This document shows, piece by piece, positions 9,019 through 19,463 of a DNA stretch of 64,000 nucleotides (within the stretch, counting starts at the first letter, position 1; each line of letters begins with the position of its first letter). Under the pieces are notes generated by a model. It did not search any database and was not told the origin of the DNA. It saw only the letters and a program-made list of their open reading frames with translations. This DNA is from a virus. The DNA is taken from the IMG/VR virus record IMGVR_UViG_3300045988_159816; one strand, 5' to 3'. The position numbers and the translations under genes are program-made.

Positions 9019-9031
9019 TAGGAGGAAAATC

Positions 9032-9592
9032 ATGATTAAACCATTAATATCTATTAAAGATATTCGTTCCGAAGAAGAAGAAGGCTTTTGCATGGATATC
9101 GCTCTTGGTGCTGGTTATGCTGAAGCATTTAAACATTGGTTTCCAGAAAGGGCTGAAAGGGTAAAATCTTTAGGTGCTTCCGGATATCAACTTGCACAAA
9201 GACCAAAAATGGCAAACAGAATAATGGAGCTTGTTAAAGCAAGAGAAGATCAAAACACTAAAGCATTAGAATGGACAAGAACTAAATCCATTGAAAAACT
9301 TCACTATGTTATTAATTGTTGTCAAGCTGAAATAAATAGGGTTAATAAAGCTTTTGAAGATGAATTGCAGTTTTTAGAAGAACAAATCAACGAAACTTCT
9401 GACCCCGCTGAAATTCGTAGACTTGTTAATAAAATGATTAAACTTCGTCAAAAAAGTCATCTTAATAAAATTCAGATTAGTGGCATAACAGATGCTATTG
9501 CCGAATTAAATACCATGCACGGATTCAATGAAAGTAATGTCAATATTAATAGCGCTGTTTCTTTTGTTGGGGAAGAAGACTTGGAGGACTAA
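9032..9592 (+). CDS. terminase small subunit (putative)
   Basis: Positioned directly upstream of the large terminase, right size, ATG after AGGAGG. The track start at 8981 would include the leader hairpin. Confidence 0.55.
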   Translation: MIKPLISIKDIRSEEEEGFCMDIALGAGYAEAFKHWFPERAERVKSLGASGYQLAQRPKMANRIMELVKAREDQNTKALEWTRTKSIEKLHYVINCCQAEINRVNKAFEDELQFLEEQINETSDPAEIRRLVNKMIKLRQKSHLNKIQISGITDAIAELNTMHGFNESNVNINSAVSFVGEEDLED

Positions 9593-10864
9593 ATGAGTTC
9601 AGTTAATATTGCTCAAGTTGTTGGTAAGGGATATAAATCTTTTTGGAATTTTAAAGGTAGATATCGTTGTTTAAAAGGTGGACGTGGTAGCAAAAAGTCT
9701 TGTACGGCTGCATTGTGGTATATTTTTAATATGATGAAGTTTTGGGAAAAATATCATTTAAAGCCAAATACAATGGTTGTTCGACGTTATTATAATACAC
9801 ACAGAGATTCTACTTTTCGTCAGTTAAAATGGGCAATTAATAGATTAGGTGTAAATCATTTGTGGAAAGCTACAGTCAATCCTTTGGAGATAACTTATAT
9901 TCCTTCCGGACAAAAGATATTTTTTAGGGGTATGGATGATGCACAATCTATTACATCTATCACAGTAGAAGATGGCTATCTTTGTTGGGTATGGTGGGAA
10001 GAAGCTTTTCAATGTTCTAATGAAGATGAATTTAATAAGGTAGATTTATCCATTCGTGGTGTTATTCCAGAACCTCTATTTAAGCAACATACGTTTACTT
10101 TCAATCCATGGTCTGATAAAATTTGGCTTAAAAAAAGATTCTTTGATAAAGCAGATGGTAAAGATATTTTTGCTTTAACAACTAATTATCAATGTAATGA
10201 ATGGTTAGGTGAAGATGATTTAGAAATTTTCGCTAAAATGAAATTAGAAAATCCACGTCGTTATAATATCGAAGGCATGGGAGATTGGGGTATCGCTGAA
10301 GGTCTTATTTATAATAACTGGCAAGAAATGGAATTTGATATTTCTTACTTCTTGAATGCAAAGGATATGAAAGGTAATCTTATATATCGTGATCTTAAAG
10401 GACTTGACTTTGGTTATACTAATGACCCAACAGCTTTGAGTTGTGTATTTGTTGATGAAAAGAAATATGAAATTTATATTTATGATGAAATTTATCGTAC
10501 TCGTATGAGTAATCAAATGATTTACGATAATATCAAATATAAAGGTTATCAACATCATCTAATTACAGCCGACTGCGAGGATACAAGAACAATCAATGAA
10601 TTATATTTATTAGGATTAAATCGAATTAAGGCATCTAAAAAAGGTCATGGTAGTAAAATTGCTGGTATTCAAAAATTGATGGATTATAAGATTTATGTTC
10701 ACCCACGATGTGTTAATCATATCGTAGAATTAAGTAACTATGTGTGGGATAAAGATAAAGATACTGGTAAACCTATTAATGAACCAATTGATGAATATAA
10801 TCATCTTATGGACGCATTACGTTACGCTACTGAAAAATGTAATGGAAGAACATTTAGTTTCTAA
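9593..10864 (+). CDS. terminase large subunit
   Basis: 423 aa with a PBSX/Terminase_6-like N-terminal ATPase and a C-terminal nuclease. Confidence 0.85.
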   Translation: MSSVNIAQVVGKGYKSFWNFKGRYRCLKGGRGSKKSCTAALWYIFNMMKFWEKYHLKPNTMVVRRYYNTHRDSTFRQLKWAINRLGVNHLWKATVNPLEITYIPSGQKIFFRGMDDAQSITSITVEDGYLCWVWWEEAFQCSNEDEFNKVDLSIRGVIPEPLFKQHTFTFNPWSDKIWLKKRFFDKADGKDIFALTTNYQCNEWLGEDDLEIFAKMKLENPRRYNIEGMGDWGIAEGLIYNNWQEMEFDISYFLNAKDMKGNLIYRDLKGLDFGYTNDPTALSCVFVDEKKYEIYIYDEIYRTRMSNQMIYDNIKYKGYQHHLITADCEDTRTINELYLLGLNRIKASKKGHGSKIAGIQKLMDYKIYVHPRCVNHIVELSNYVWDKDKDTGKPINEPIDEYNHLMDALRYATEKCNGRTFSF

Positions 10865-10876
10865 GGAGGTAGAATT

Positions 10877-12421
10877 ATGTTCAAGTTACCCGATTTTATG
10901 AGGATTGATCCAACAGATTTAAACGCTGAAAGTATTCGTCGTTTAAGTACTTTCGGAAAACCTCAAGAAGATTTTATTATGGGTGCAGTACAGCAATTTC
11001 AAAATTCTAATATTTTTAAAGAACGTGAAGTTGCTAGAAGGTATTTTGAGAATGAAACAGATATTGATAAAAAGGAAAGGTATTATTTTAATCGTCATAA
11101 ACAAAAAGTTCTTGATGATACTGTAACTAATACTAAATTAAGACACGCTTTTTATCGTAAACTTGTAAATCAAAAGGTAAATTATCTGTTAAGTAAACCA
11201 TTTACTATCAAATGCAGAAATAAAGAATTTGAACAATTATTAAAAACATATTTTGATAAAAAATTCTTACGTCAGTTACAAAATACGGTTAGAAAGACCG
11301 TTGTTACTGGAATAAGTTGGTTACAGGTTTATTATGATGTAAATGGCTCTTTAATGTTTAAACGCATTCCAGATGATGAAGTTATTCCATTTTGGGCAGA
11401 TGCCGATCATACTGTTTTAGATGCAGTTATCCGTTATTATATTATTTCAGAGTATAAACCAAATGGCGATGAAATCCAGCATCAAAAAGTAGAATACTAT
11501 ACTCCTGAAGGAGTGTGGTATTACGAAGTTAAAGAAACTGGTTTAGTAGTTGATCCGGATAAAACGCAACCAACTGATGGTCATTTTAAAGTTAAGCAGA
11601 AAAAATTAAATAATGATGGTCTTGTTTTAACAGATGATAAAGGTGATCCCATTTATGTTGCTGAACCTCAAAGCTGGGGACGTGTACCATTTATTCCTAT
11701 TAAATATAATAGCGAAGAATTGCCTTTATTACGATATGTTAAAACTCTAATTGATGATTATGATTTTATTACAAGCGATATTAGTGATCAAATTCATGAT
11801 GTTCCTAATAGTATTCGTATTGTAAAGGGTTATGATGGTACTGATAAAGACGAATTTATTTTAAACCTTAAACAAACGAAAATGGCATATGTAACAGAAG
11901 ATGGTGACGTTACTAACCTAGATATCCCATTTAAGCTGGAAGGTGCAGAATTGCACTTAAATCGTCTGCGTAAAGATATTTATGAAGATGGTTCTGGCGT
12001 AGATACTCAACAAGATGAAATGCGCGATATTAGTGGCGAGGCGTTGAAGTTTAAATATATTGATTTGTCTTTGGATTGTAATGATATTGGTGTACAAGTT
12101 ACGGAAGCTTTGGAAATATTAGCTTGGTTTATTAAAGAGCATGAAAAAACTTTCAATACTAAAGATTATGATCAAGAAAATTTCGATATTATCTTTAACA
12201 CTGATATGATTACCAACGAAGCTCAAACAATTCTTGATTGCAAAAACAGTGAAGGTATTATTAGTAAATCTACTATTGTTTCTAATCATCCTTGGGTTTT
12301 GGATTCTGAAGAAGAACTCAAGCTTATGGAACAAGATGAAGAAGCGGAACAGCAAAAAGAAATTGAATTACAAACTAAATTAGCACAAGCCACTTATACC
12401 GGAGGAGAGGGCAATGAATGA
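10877..12421 (+). CDS. portal protein
   Basis: 514 aa, directly after the terminase, with an acidic C-terminus. Confidence 0.8.
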   Translation: MFKLPDFMRIDPTDLNAESIRRLSTFGKPQEDFIMGAVQQFQNSNIFKEREVARRYFENETDIDKKERYYFNRHKQKVLDDTVTNTKLRHAFYRKLVNQKVNYLLSKPFTIKCRNKEFEQLLKTYFDKKFLRQLQNTVRKTVVTGISWLQVYYDVNGSLMFKRIPDDEVIPFWADADHTVLDAVIRYYIISEYKPNGDEIQHQKVEYYTPEGVWYYEVKETGLVVDPDKTQPTDGHFKVKQKKLNNDGLVLTDDKGDPIYVAEPQSWGRVPFIPIKYNSEELPLLRYVKTLIDDYDFITSDISDQIHDVPNSIRIVKGYDGTDKDEFILNLKQTKMAYVTEDGDVTNLDIPFKLEGAELHLNRLRKDIYEDGSGVDTQQDEMRDISGEALKFKYIDLSLDCNDIGVQVTEALEILAWFIKEHEKTFNTKDYDQENFDIIFNTDMITNEAQTILDCKNSEGIISKSTIVSNHPWVLDSEEELKLMEQDEEAEQQKEIELQTKLAQATYTGGEGNE

Positions 12422-13439
12422 TTTTGAGTATTGGCAAGAGCGTTCTGAACAAAATATAATTTTAACAGAACAGCTTGCTAACAGTTACAATGAGCAATTA
12501 GCTCGTGAATACAATAAAGTTATAAAATCCTTACAGCAACAGCTTTATGAGTTTTATGCTCTATATGCTAGCGAAAATGGATTGACTTTACAAGAGGCTC
12601 AAAAGAAACTAAGTTCAAAGGAATTAAAAGAATTAAGGGCTACTATTGATGAATATATTGAAGAAGCCAAAAAGTTTGACAGTAAGAATGCTAATAAATA
12701 TTTAAAAAATTTAGAAGAATTGCAAGCAAAAGCAAAGGTATCTAGATTAGAATTATTAATGGCAGAATACCGTCATGCAATTGAAATGTTGTTATTGCAA
12801 CAGGAGGTCGACCAGCCGAATATTTATTTAGAAGGCTATGAATCCTCCTTCTACCATACTTTATATGACATACAAACTTACTCCGGAATAGGGGCAACCT
12901 TCACTCGTCCTACAAGAGATATGGTAGTGGCTGCTCTTGCCCAAAAGTATTTAGGACAAAATTTTAGTGACCGTTTATGGCAAAATAAAGAAATGCTTAT
13001 TTACACATTAAAAAAAGAAATAAAGCAAGCCTTTGCCGCTGGTACATCTGCAAAGAATGTAGCAGAAACAGTCGCTAAAAAAATGAATACTCGATTGGGA
13101 GTTGCACAAACTCTTGTTCGTACAGAAATGGCGAATGTTGCAAATCAGGGAAATTTGCTTGCATATAAAGAAGCGGGCGTTAAAGAATATAAATTATTAG
13201 CAACATTGGATTTTAAAACATCAGAAATTTGTAGAGAATTAGATGGAAATGTATATTTAGTATCTCAAGCAGAAAGAGGAGTAAATTATCCACCATTTCA
13301 CCCTAATTGTCGCACAACTACTGTTCCGGTTATTGATGGAGAATCCTATCATACTAGAATTGCTAAAAAAGATGGTTCCTATGAAGTAGTTAAAGATATT
13401 ACCTATAAACAGTGGTATAAAAAATATGTAAAAGATTAA
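12414..13439 (+). CDS. head morphogenesis protein of the Mu F / SPP1 gp7 family
   Basis: Conserved FHPNCRTT motif. Confidence 0.8.
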   Translation: MNDFEYWQERSEQNIILTEQLANSYNEQLAREYNKVIKSLQQQLYEFYALYASENGLTLQEAQKKLSSKELKELRATIDEYIEEAKKFDSKNANKYLKNLEELQAKAKVSRLELLMAEYRHAIEMLLLQQEVDQPNIYLEGYESSFYHTLYDIQTYSGIGATFTRPTRDMVVAALAQKYLGQNFSDRLWQNKEMLIYTLKKEIKQAFAAGTSAKNVAETVAKKMNTRLGVAQTLVRTEMANVANQGNLLAYKEAGVKEYKLLATLDFKTSEICRELDGNVYLVSQAERGVNYPPFHPNCRTTTVPVIDGESYHTRIAKKDGSYEVVKDITYKQWYKKYVKD

Positions 13440-13482
13440 GAACTATTATAGTGACAATTAAGAATTATCCTGTTATACTTTA

Positions 13483-13512
13483 CTCATAAGGTTTTCCTTA
13501 TGAGTATTTTTT
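13483..13512 (+). terminator. rho-independent terminator or attenuator
   Basis: ctcataagg-tttt-ccttatgag followed by a T6 run. Confidence 0.55.
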
Positions 13513-13531
13513 ATGAAAAGGAGAGAAAGTA

Positions 13532-14140
13532 ATGACAAAAGAACAATTGATTGCTCTCGGCTTGACAGAAGAACAAGCTAATAAAGCAATCGAATTACAT
13601 ACCACTGCATTACAGGGGTATGTGGCTAAAGGCACTTATGACGTGCTAAAGGCAGAGGCTGATAATCTAAAAGCTACTAACGATTCTATGAAAGCCGAAG
13701 TTGACAAACTTAAAAAGTTCGAAGGCACTAATGCTGAATTAGCTGCTAAAATCGAAAAACTTCAAGGTGATGTGACTACAAAAGAAGAAACTTATAAATC
13801 TGAATTGGAGAAACTTCGCAAAATCAATGCTGTGGAACTGGTATTGTTGCAAGGCGAAAATAAACCTTATGATTTAGATTTAGTTAAGGGTCTTGTAGAT
13901 TTAAGTTTGATTAAACTTGATGGCGATAAAGTTGTTAGCGGTTTAAAAGAACAAATCGATACTCTGCGTACCGATAAAGCATTCTTATTTAATCCTGGAG
14001 AACAAAAAAGAGAACCTTTTGGAAATACTCCGAATGATAGTTTTAAACCTCTCAAAACAGATAATGTAGCTGATTTCGGTAAATCTTTAGCAAAGACTAA
14101 GCTCACTATGATGGGCATAAATCCTGAAGGAGGTAATTAA
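13532..14140 (+). CDS. scaffolding protein (putative)
   Basis: Coiled-coil rich and positioned before the capsid gene. Confidence 0.55.
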   Translation: MTKEQLIALGLTEEQANKAIELHTTALQGYVAKGTYDVLKAEADNLKATNDSMKAEVDKLKKFEGTNAELAAKIEKLQGDVTTKEETYKSELEKLRKINAVELVLLQGENKPYDLDLVKGLVDLSLIKLDGDKVVSGLKEQIDTLRTDKAFLFNPGEQKREPFGNTPNDSFKPLKTDNVADFGKSLAKTKLTMMGINPEGGN

Positions 14141-14142
14141 AA

Positions 14143-14502
14143 ATGATGAAATTCACCACTAAAGAATATGATTCTGCTAAACATATTCTTGCGATTCCTG
14201 ATCATTATGTTGCTATCGCACGCACTGCTGCAAAAGCTACTGCTGCTGGCGGTATGGTAGTATCTGAAAATGGTCGATTTATTATCAAAGCTGGTACTGT
14301 CTATCCTGCAAATGATGCAACTGCAATCGGTCTTGTAATGCAAGATTACGATGTAACCGATAGTGATGCTTCTATGGCAATCATTATTCATGGTTTCGTT
14401 CGTGCAGATCGTTTGCCCGCAGTTCTGTCTGCAACAGCAAAACCTGTTTTGCCACAAATTACAGTAATCGCTGCAATTACAGATAGCGAAGAAGGAGAAT
14501 AA
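14143..14502 (+). CDS. hypothetical head-associated protein
   Basis: Ala-rich ORF lying between the scaffold and capsid genes. Confidence 0.45.
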   Translation: MMKFTTKEYDSAKHILAIPDHYVAIARTAAKATAAGGMVVSENGRFIIKAGTVYPANDATAIGLVMQDYDVTDSDASMAIIIHGFVRADRLPAVLSATAKPVLPQITVIAAITDSEEGE

Positions 14503-14504
14503 TC

Positions 14505-15590
14505 ATGGCATCTTATAGCATTTTTGATATTTTTGATTCTAAAGCAATTGCAGCCTATTGGACTGACGTCAATACTGCAATGAAAGATCCGATGATCGGT
14601 TCTACATTCTTTCCGGATACTCGTACTGCAAGTTTAGAGTTATCTTGGATTAAAGGTCGTAACAATCTTCCGATTGCTTTGCAACCTTCTGCTTTTGATA
14701 CTAAAGCAAGTTTGAGAGATCGTATCGGTGTAACCGAGATCTCAACTGAAATGCCGTTCTTCCGTGAAGCGATGCGTATCGGAGAAAAAGAACGTCAGGA
14801 TATTCAAAACTTGTTAGCTAAGGGTATTCCTTTTGCACAACCTACCATTGCTAGAGTATATGACGACATCACTAATCTTGTTGATGGTGCTCGTGTTCAG
14901 GCAGAACGTATGCGTATGAGTTTGTTAGTAAATGGTAAAATTTCGGTAACTGCCACTAAAGGTACTGGTCGTGACATTACTTATCAGTATAACTACGATC
15001 CCAATGGAGATTGGGCAAGTGATCACTCTGTTACTTTGGCAGGTAATGGTACTTGGACTGTAGCTAATAAAGCAACTTCTGATCCTATTGGGGATTTGTT
15101 AGATGCTAAAGAAGCTATGGCTGATCAGTATGGCATTACTTTAACTCGTGCTTTGATGACTACCAAAACACTTCGTAATATGTTAGCTTCTGAATCTATT
15201 AAGAAAGCTATGAATCCTTTGGGTGCTACTAGCATGATCTTGTTGGATACTGAAGCAAAACGGTATTTAGAACAACAGACTGGATTAACTATTATCACTT
15301 ATGATAAAATGTTCAAAGACGAAGAAGGCGTAGATCAGAAATTCTATCCTGATAATTATGTAACCTTACTTCCCAGCTATGCTGTCGGAAATACTTGGTT
15401 TGGTACTACTCCGGAAGAATATGATCTTATGAGTGGTAATACTAATGCTTCTGTTTCTGTTGTTGGTAGTGGTATTGCAATTACTACTATTAAAGAACCG
15501 CATCCTGTAAACGTGTTCACAGTTGTTGATGCAATCGCGCTTCCTTCTTTTGAACGCATGGATGATATCTATGTAATGAAAGTTGCATAA
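14505..15590 (+). CDS. major capsid protein
   Basis: 361 aa at the expected position. Confidence 0.7.
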   Translation: MASYSIFDIFDSKAIAAYWTDVNTAMKDPMIGSTFFPDTRTASLELSWIKGRNNLPIALQPSAFDTKASLRDRIGVTEISTEMPFFREAMRIGEKERQDIQNLLAKGIPFAQPTIARVYDDITNLVDGARVQAERMRMSLLVNGKISVTATKGTGRDITYQYNYDPNGDWASDHSVTLAGNGTWTVANKATSDPIGDLLDAKEAMADQYGITLTRALMTTKTLRNMLASESIKKAMNPLGATSMILLDTEAKRYLEQQTGLTIITYDKMFKDEEGVDQKFYPDNYVTLLPSYAVGNTWFGTTPEEYDLMSGNTNASVSVVGSGIAITTIKEPHPVNVFTVVDAIALPSFERMDDIYVMKVA

Positions 15591-15606
15591 TTTTTAGGAG
15601 GTCAGT

Positions 15607-15840
15607 ATGGCTAAGGTTAAAGTTCAATTTCCTATCACAGTGAAATATCAGCGTGTAATATATCCTCCATACACCAATATCCTTGCGGATACTGAAGATC
15701 TTCCGGACATGAAAAAAGCTGGAGCCGTTATTTTTGAAGAAGAATCTGTTGAAGAAAAGATTTCTGAAGAAGTAGTTGCTCCAAAAACAAGTAAATCTAA
15801 ATCCCAACGAAAGAATAAATCTGGACGTTTGGTAGAATGA
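15607..15840 (+). CDS. hypothetical head protein
   Basis: ORF with a GGAGG RBS. Confidence 0.5.
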   Translation: MAKVKVQFPITVKYQRVIYPPYTNILADTEDLPDMKKAGAVIFEEESVEEKISEEVVAPKTSKSKSQRKNKSGRLVE

Positions 15841-16268
15841 TTACTGTTGATAAAGGTTTAATTGCGGACATCGTAAAGACTCAGCTCGGAGTGGATACAC
15901 CCTCCGAGCCTTTACTGAATTTAACTATTGACGAAGTAGAGCAAGAAATTAAAAACTTCTGCAATATAAAAGAAGTTCCACAAGAACTCACCTATACTTT
16001 CGCTAATATAGTAGTGGATTTATTTAGGTATCGTCAAGAGTTTATAAACGCCACTAAAAAACCTGTTGAGGGTGAAGAAGATGACGATATTACTATAAAT
16101 GAGGGTAATATGAACTCAATTCGTGTTGGTGATACCACAATTACTTTCGGTTCCGGAAGTGATACTATGGTTTATAATAAGAATATGAGGAGTCATCAGG
16201 CAAATTTAGACGATGTTATATTAAACTATAAAGCTCAACTCAAAAAGTTTCGGAGGATGGTGTGGTAA
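15837..16268 (+). CDS. head-tail connector protein (putative)
   Basis: Position and size. Confidence 0.45.
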   Translation: MITVDKGLIADIVKTQLGVDTPSEPLLNLTIDEVEQEIKNFCNIKEVPQELTYTFANIVVDLFRYRQEFINATKKPVEGEEDDDITINEGNMNSIRVGDTTITFGSGSDTMVYNKNMRSHQANLDDVILNYKAQLKKFRRMVW

Positions 16269-16658
16269 ATGGCGATTAGAATTGGTGGAACAAGGAAAAT
16301 ATTTAAAAAGTATATGTATAAGGATAGGTTCGAAGTTTATCGTTTAACTCAAAAAGAGAATGATGATTTCACTGTGAATAATCAAGTATTAGAACCTTTA
16401 TATACAAACGAACCTTGCAAAATCAGTTTAAATTATCAAGATTTACCTGAGGAAGATTCTTTGTTAGTTAATCCAACAAATCAACATATTGGTATTTTTT
16501 GTGATCCAAAACTCGATATTCGTAAAGGCGATAAAATTATAGCTTATATTATGGACGATCGAGGTAATGTATTAGATACCTTTACTGATTTTGCTGGTAG
16601 ACCTGAAAAACATACTTCCCATCAACAATTTGCTCTTGTGAATAGAGGATATGCTTAA
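16269..16658 (+). CDS. head closure protein (putative)
   Basis: Position and size. Confidence 0.4.
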   Translation: MAIRIGGTRKIFKKYMYKDRFEVYRLTQKENDDFTVNNQVLEPLYTNEPCKISLNYQDLPEEDSLLVNPTNQHIGIFCDPKLDIRKGDKIIAYIMDDRGNVLDTFTDFAGRPEKHTSHQQFALVNRGYA

Positions 16659-17131
16659 TGTCTAGGGTTAATTTTGATTTTAAAAACTTTGATAGGTTTA
16701 CAAAAAACTTTGAAAAACTTCAAAAAGAATTTGATCCATTTTGTCGAAGATTTCTGTTAGATCAGGCAATGATTGCTCTAGCAGATACTAAGGCAATGAC
16801 ACCAGTTAAAACAGGTGATTTAAGAAATAGGTGGGAGTTATCTCAAGTTTTTAAAACCACCAAAGGATATTATATTCAAATATTTAATACTTTAGAATAT
16901 GCCTCTTATGTAGAAGATGGGCATAGACAACAAGTAGGTAGATTCGTTCCTGGGATTTTCGTTGGTGGGAAGTTTGTTTATCAAAAAGGTGCTAAATCCG
17001 GAATGGTTTTAAAAAAGCCATGGGTAAATGGGTTTCATATGTGTCGAATAGCTGTTGATCGTGTTCAAGATAATATGCAACAGAAATTTGATCAAGCCTT
17101 TAAAAGTTTTTGCGGAAGGAATCAATTATGA
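16658..17131 (+). CDS. tail completion protein, HK97 gp10-like (putative)
   Basis: Position and size. Confidence 0.4.
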   Translation: MSRVNFDFKNFDRFTKNFEKLQKEFDPFCRRFLLDQAMIALADTKAMTPVKTGDLRNRWELSQVFKTTKGYYIQIFNTLEYASYVEDGHRQQVGRFVPGIFVGGKFVYQKGAKSGMVLKKPWVNGFHMCRIAVDRVQDNMQQKFDQAFKSFCGRNQL

Positions 17132-17625
17132 TTATACCAATAAAGGGAGATTTTATTATTAGCGCCATGGCAACAAAAATGGCACAGTGTCTAAGAAATG
17201 ATACAGTTGATCCTCCTGTTATTCCTACGATGTATAAAAATAAAATTATGGAAGGGGCTAAAGAACCTTTCTTTTTACTTTCTATTATTGATATGACTCA
17301 AGAAAACGGAATGACAACTTCTGCATGGAGAGTATATCGTATGAAAGTTGAATACCATTTAGAGGAAACAGATTACGATCGACATTCAGAGTATAGAGAT
17401 ATGGGTGAAAGACTTCTTGGTATTTTAAGAACGATTGATCTTCCAGATAAATATGAGGGTGATAAAATTATCACTCGATTAGTGAAAGCTAATAAAATGA
17501 GTTTTCAAATTGTTGAAAATGTTTTACAGTTTTTTGTTAATTACAAGATCAAAGTAAAATTAATTTTACCTGATCCAGTTAAAATGCAAGAACTGGAAAT
17601 CAATCGATTGGAGGTCGATGAATAA
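17128..17625 (+). CDS. tail protein (putative)
   Basis: Position. Confidence 0.4.
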   Translation: MIIPIKGDFIISAMATKMAQCLRNDTVDPPVIPTMYKNKIMEGAKEPFFLLSIIDMTQENGMTTSAWRVYRMKVEYHLEETDYDRHSEYRDMGERLLGILRTIDLPDKYEGDKIITRLVKANKMSFQIVENVLQFFVNYKIKVKLILPDPVKMQELEINRLEVDE

Positions 17626-18962
17626 TGGCAGGCGGAGTCTTTGAAGCTATGAATAAAGTTCGTCCTGGAGCTTATATTGTCTTTCAGAGTGCTTCTCAAC
17701 CCTTGAATATGGTTGGTGATCGTGGTATCGCCACTTTACCTATTCAAATGAATTGGGGTGCTAATGATACTCTGATAGAACTTACTCCGGAACAATTATT
17801 AGATGGCTCATGCGAAAGCATTATCGGTTGTAATATCATGGAAGAAGAATCTTTGATTTATCAACAGGTATTGACTGATTGTGTTAAAGTATTACTTTTT
17901 AGAATGGATACTGGCGGCGTTAAAGCAACATTGACCCTTAATACTTTAACTGCAACAGCTAAATATGCGGGAACGGCTGGTAATAAAATTGCCGTTTCCA
18001 TCGTTGAAAATGGGTCTAATTTCGACGTTATAACCTCTTTTAATGGTGCAGTTGTAGATACTCAAACAGGGGCATTAGTTGGAGATATCGTAGATAATGA
18101 TTTCGTTGATTTTAGTGGAACCTCTACCGCCGCTCTTGTTGCAAATGCGGGTGGAGAATTAGAAGATGGTGAAAATGGTACGGTTGTAAATAGTACCTAT
18201 AGCAAATATTTTGATTTGTTGAAAACTGCAAAATGGAATACACTGGGTATTCCACTTGAAACTTCCACAGAAATTCAAGCACAGTTAAAAACATTTATTA
18301 AATATATGCGTGATACTGTAGGTACAAAAGTTCAGGCAGTTGCTAATAACATTGATTCAGATACAGAGGGTATTATATCTACACTTAATCAGGGCTATAA
18401 ATCAGATCAGTATAATATTACAATTCCGATGTTTGTTGCAAGGGTTACAGGCATGACTGCTGGCTGTGCAATTAATAAGTCTTTGACTTATTATGCTTTT
18501 GAAGATGCGAATGAAATTATCGGTCAATTATCCCATGAAGAAATTGTATCGGCTTTGCAAAGTGGTAAGTTTGTGTTGTCCGCTCGTCAAGATGGTGTTG
18601 TTGTTGTCGAACAAGATATCAACACACTACATACCTTCACTTCGCAAAAAGATTATTCTTTTAGTAAAAATAGGGTTATTCGTACAATTGACCAAATAAA
18701 TAATGATATTCGTTTATTGTTTGAAAAGAGTTATCTAGGTAAACAGGATAATAATGATGATGGTCGTACAGTATTTAAAGCAGATATTATTGATTACTGC
18801 TATAAGTTACAAAAGATGAACGCCATTCAGAATTTTGATGGTTCTACTGATATTACCATTGCTCAAGGTGCAAATCTTGATGAAGTAATTGTTAAGTTGA
18901 ATATTCAACCTGTTGATTCTATGGAAAAACTCTACATGACAGTTACGCTTCGTCGTTATTAA
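17625..18962 (+). CDS. tail sheath protein (XkdK-like)
   Basis: 445 aa, immediately before the tube gene. Confidence 0.75.
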   Translation: MAGGVFEAMNKVRPGAYIVFQSASQPLNMVGDRGIATLPIQMNWGANDTLIELTPEQLLDGSCESIIGCNIMEEESLIYQQVLTDCVKVLLFRMDTGGVKATLTLNTLTATAKYAGTAGNKIAVSIVENGSNFDVITSFNGAVVDTQTGALVGDIVDNDFVDFSGTSTAALVANAGGELEDGENGTVVNSTYSKYFDLLKTAKWNTLGIPLETSTEIQAQLKTFIKYMRDTVGTKVQAVANNIDSDTEGIISTLNQGYKSDQYNITIPMFVARVTGMTAGCAINKSLTYYAFEDANEIIGQLSHEEIVSALQSGKFVLSARQDGVVVVEQDINTLHTFTSQKDYSFSKNRVIRTIDQINNDIRLLFEKSYLGKQDNNDDGRTVFKADIIDYCYKLQKMNAIQNFDGSTDITIAQGANLDEVIVKLNIQPVDSMEKLYMTVTLRRY

Positions 18963-18977
18963 TAGGAGGGATTTGTA

Positions 18978-19451
18978 ATGTCACAAGAACATGATTATTT
19001 ACGAGCTGGTGATGCCGTTTCCGGTCAAGAAGGTTGGGCAACAATGACCGTTGATGGCGTTGTACAAGAACTCTTTATGATTAAGGATTGTACAATGACA
19101 ATGACCAAACGTAAAAAGGAATTTAGAGCTCTTGGTTTTAGGGGTTCTCAACATAAGTCCGCAGGTTGGTCTGGTAAAGGTGAATTTACTATGTATCATG
19201 TTAGTTCTGTATTCCGCAAACTTATGCGTGAATATGCAAAAACTGGTAAAGATATTTATTTCACTCTTACCATTAAAAATAATGATCCAACAACCTCTAT
19301 TGGACAGCAGGTAGCTGCATTTTATTATGTGAACATCGATGAAGGTGTTCTTGCAAAATTAGACGTTGAAGCCGAAGTATTGGAAGAAACTATGACGGTT
19401 ACTTTCTCTGACTTCGAATATTTAGAATACTTCAACAGTCCTCAAAATTAA
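18978..19451 (+). CDS. tail tube protein (XkdM-like)
   Basis: 157 aa, directly after the sheath. Confidence 0.7.
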   Translation: MSQEHDYLRAGDAVSGQEGWATMTVDGVVQELFMIKDCTMTMTKRKKEFRALGFRGSQHKSAGWSGKGEFTMYHVSSVFRKLMREYAKTGKDIYFTLTIKNNDPTTSIGQQVAAFYYVNIDEGVLAKLDVEAEVLEETMTVTFSDFEYLEYFNSPQN

Positions 19452-19463
19452 AGGAGAATATAA

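Noticed and set aside
8981-9031. Track start of the terminase-small ORF at 8981
   Set aside because: That stretch is the promoter-proximal hairpin and has no RBS. The ATG at 9032 follows AGGAGG.
10244-10558. Minus-strand 104-aa ORF inside the large terminase gene
   Set aside because: It is antisense to a well-supported gene and is a product of AT-rich composition. The same reasoning applies to the other short antisense or alternate-frame ORFs in the track: 887-1138, 4473-4658, 4603-4803, 4779-4985, 12119-12355, 13867-14118, 14137-14457, 15377-15559, 15517-15807, 18493-18699, 18999-19199, 19132-19314, 20214-20411, 21016-21234, 21373-21573, 21482-21673, 21670-22002, 28235-28447, 29068-29334, 33935-34132, 35296-35511, 35569-35862, 35888-36136, 36531-36764, 37393-37614, 38279-38671, 42465-42671, 43639-43824, 48164-48565, 53314-53646, 54624-54830, 55167-55373, 55853-56080, 57969-58193, 58395-58649, 58919-59113, 59771-59968, 60779-61174, 62078-62287, 62432-62845 and 62846-63049.
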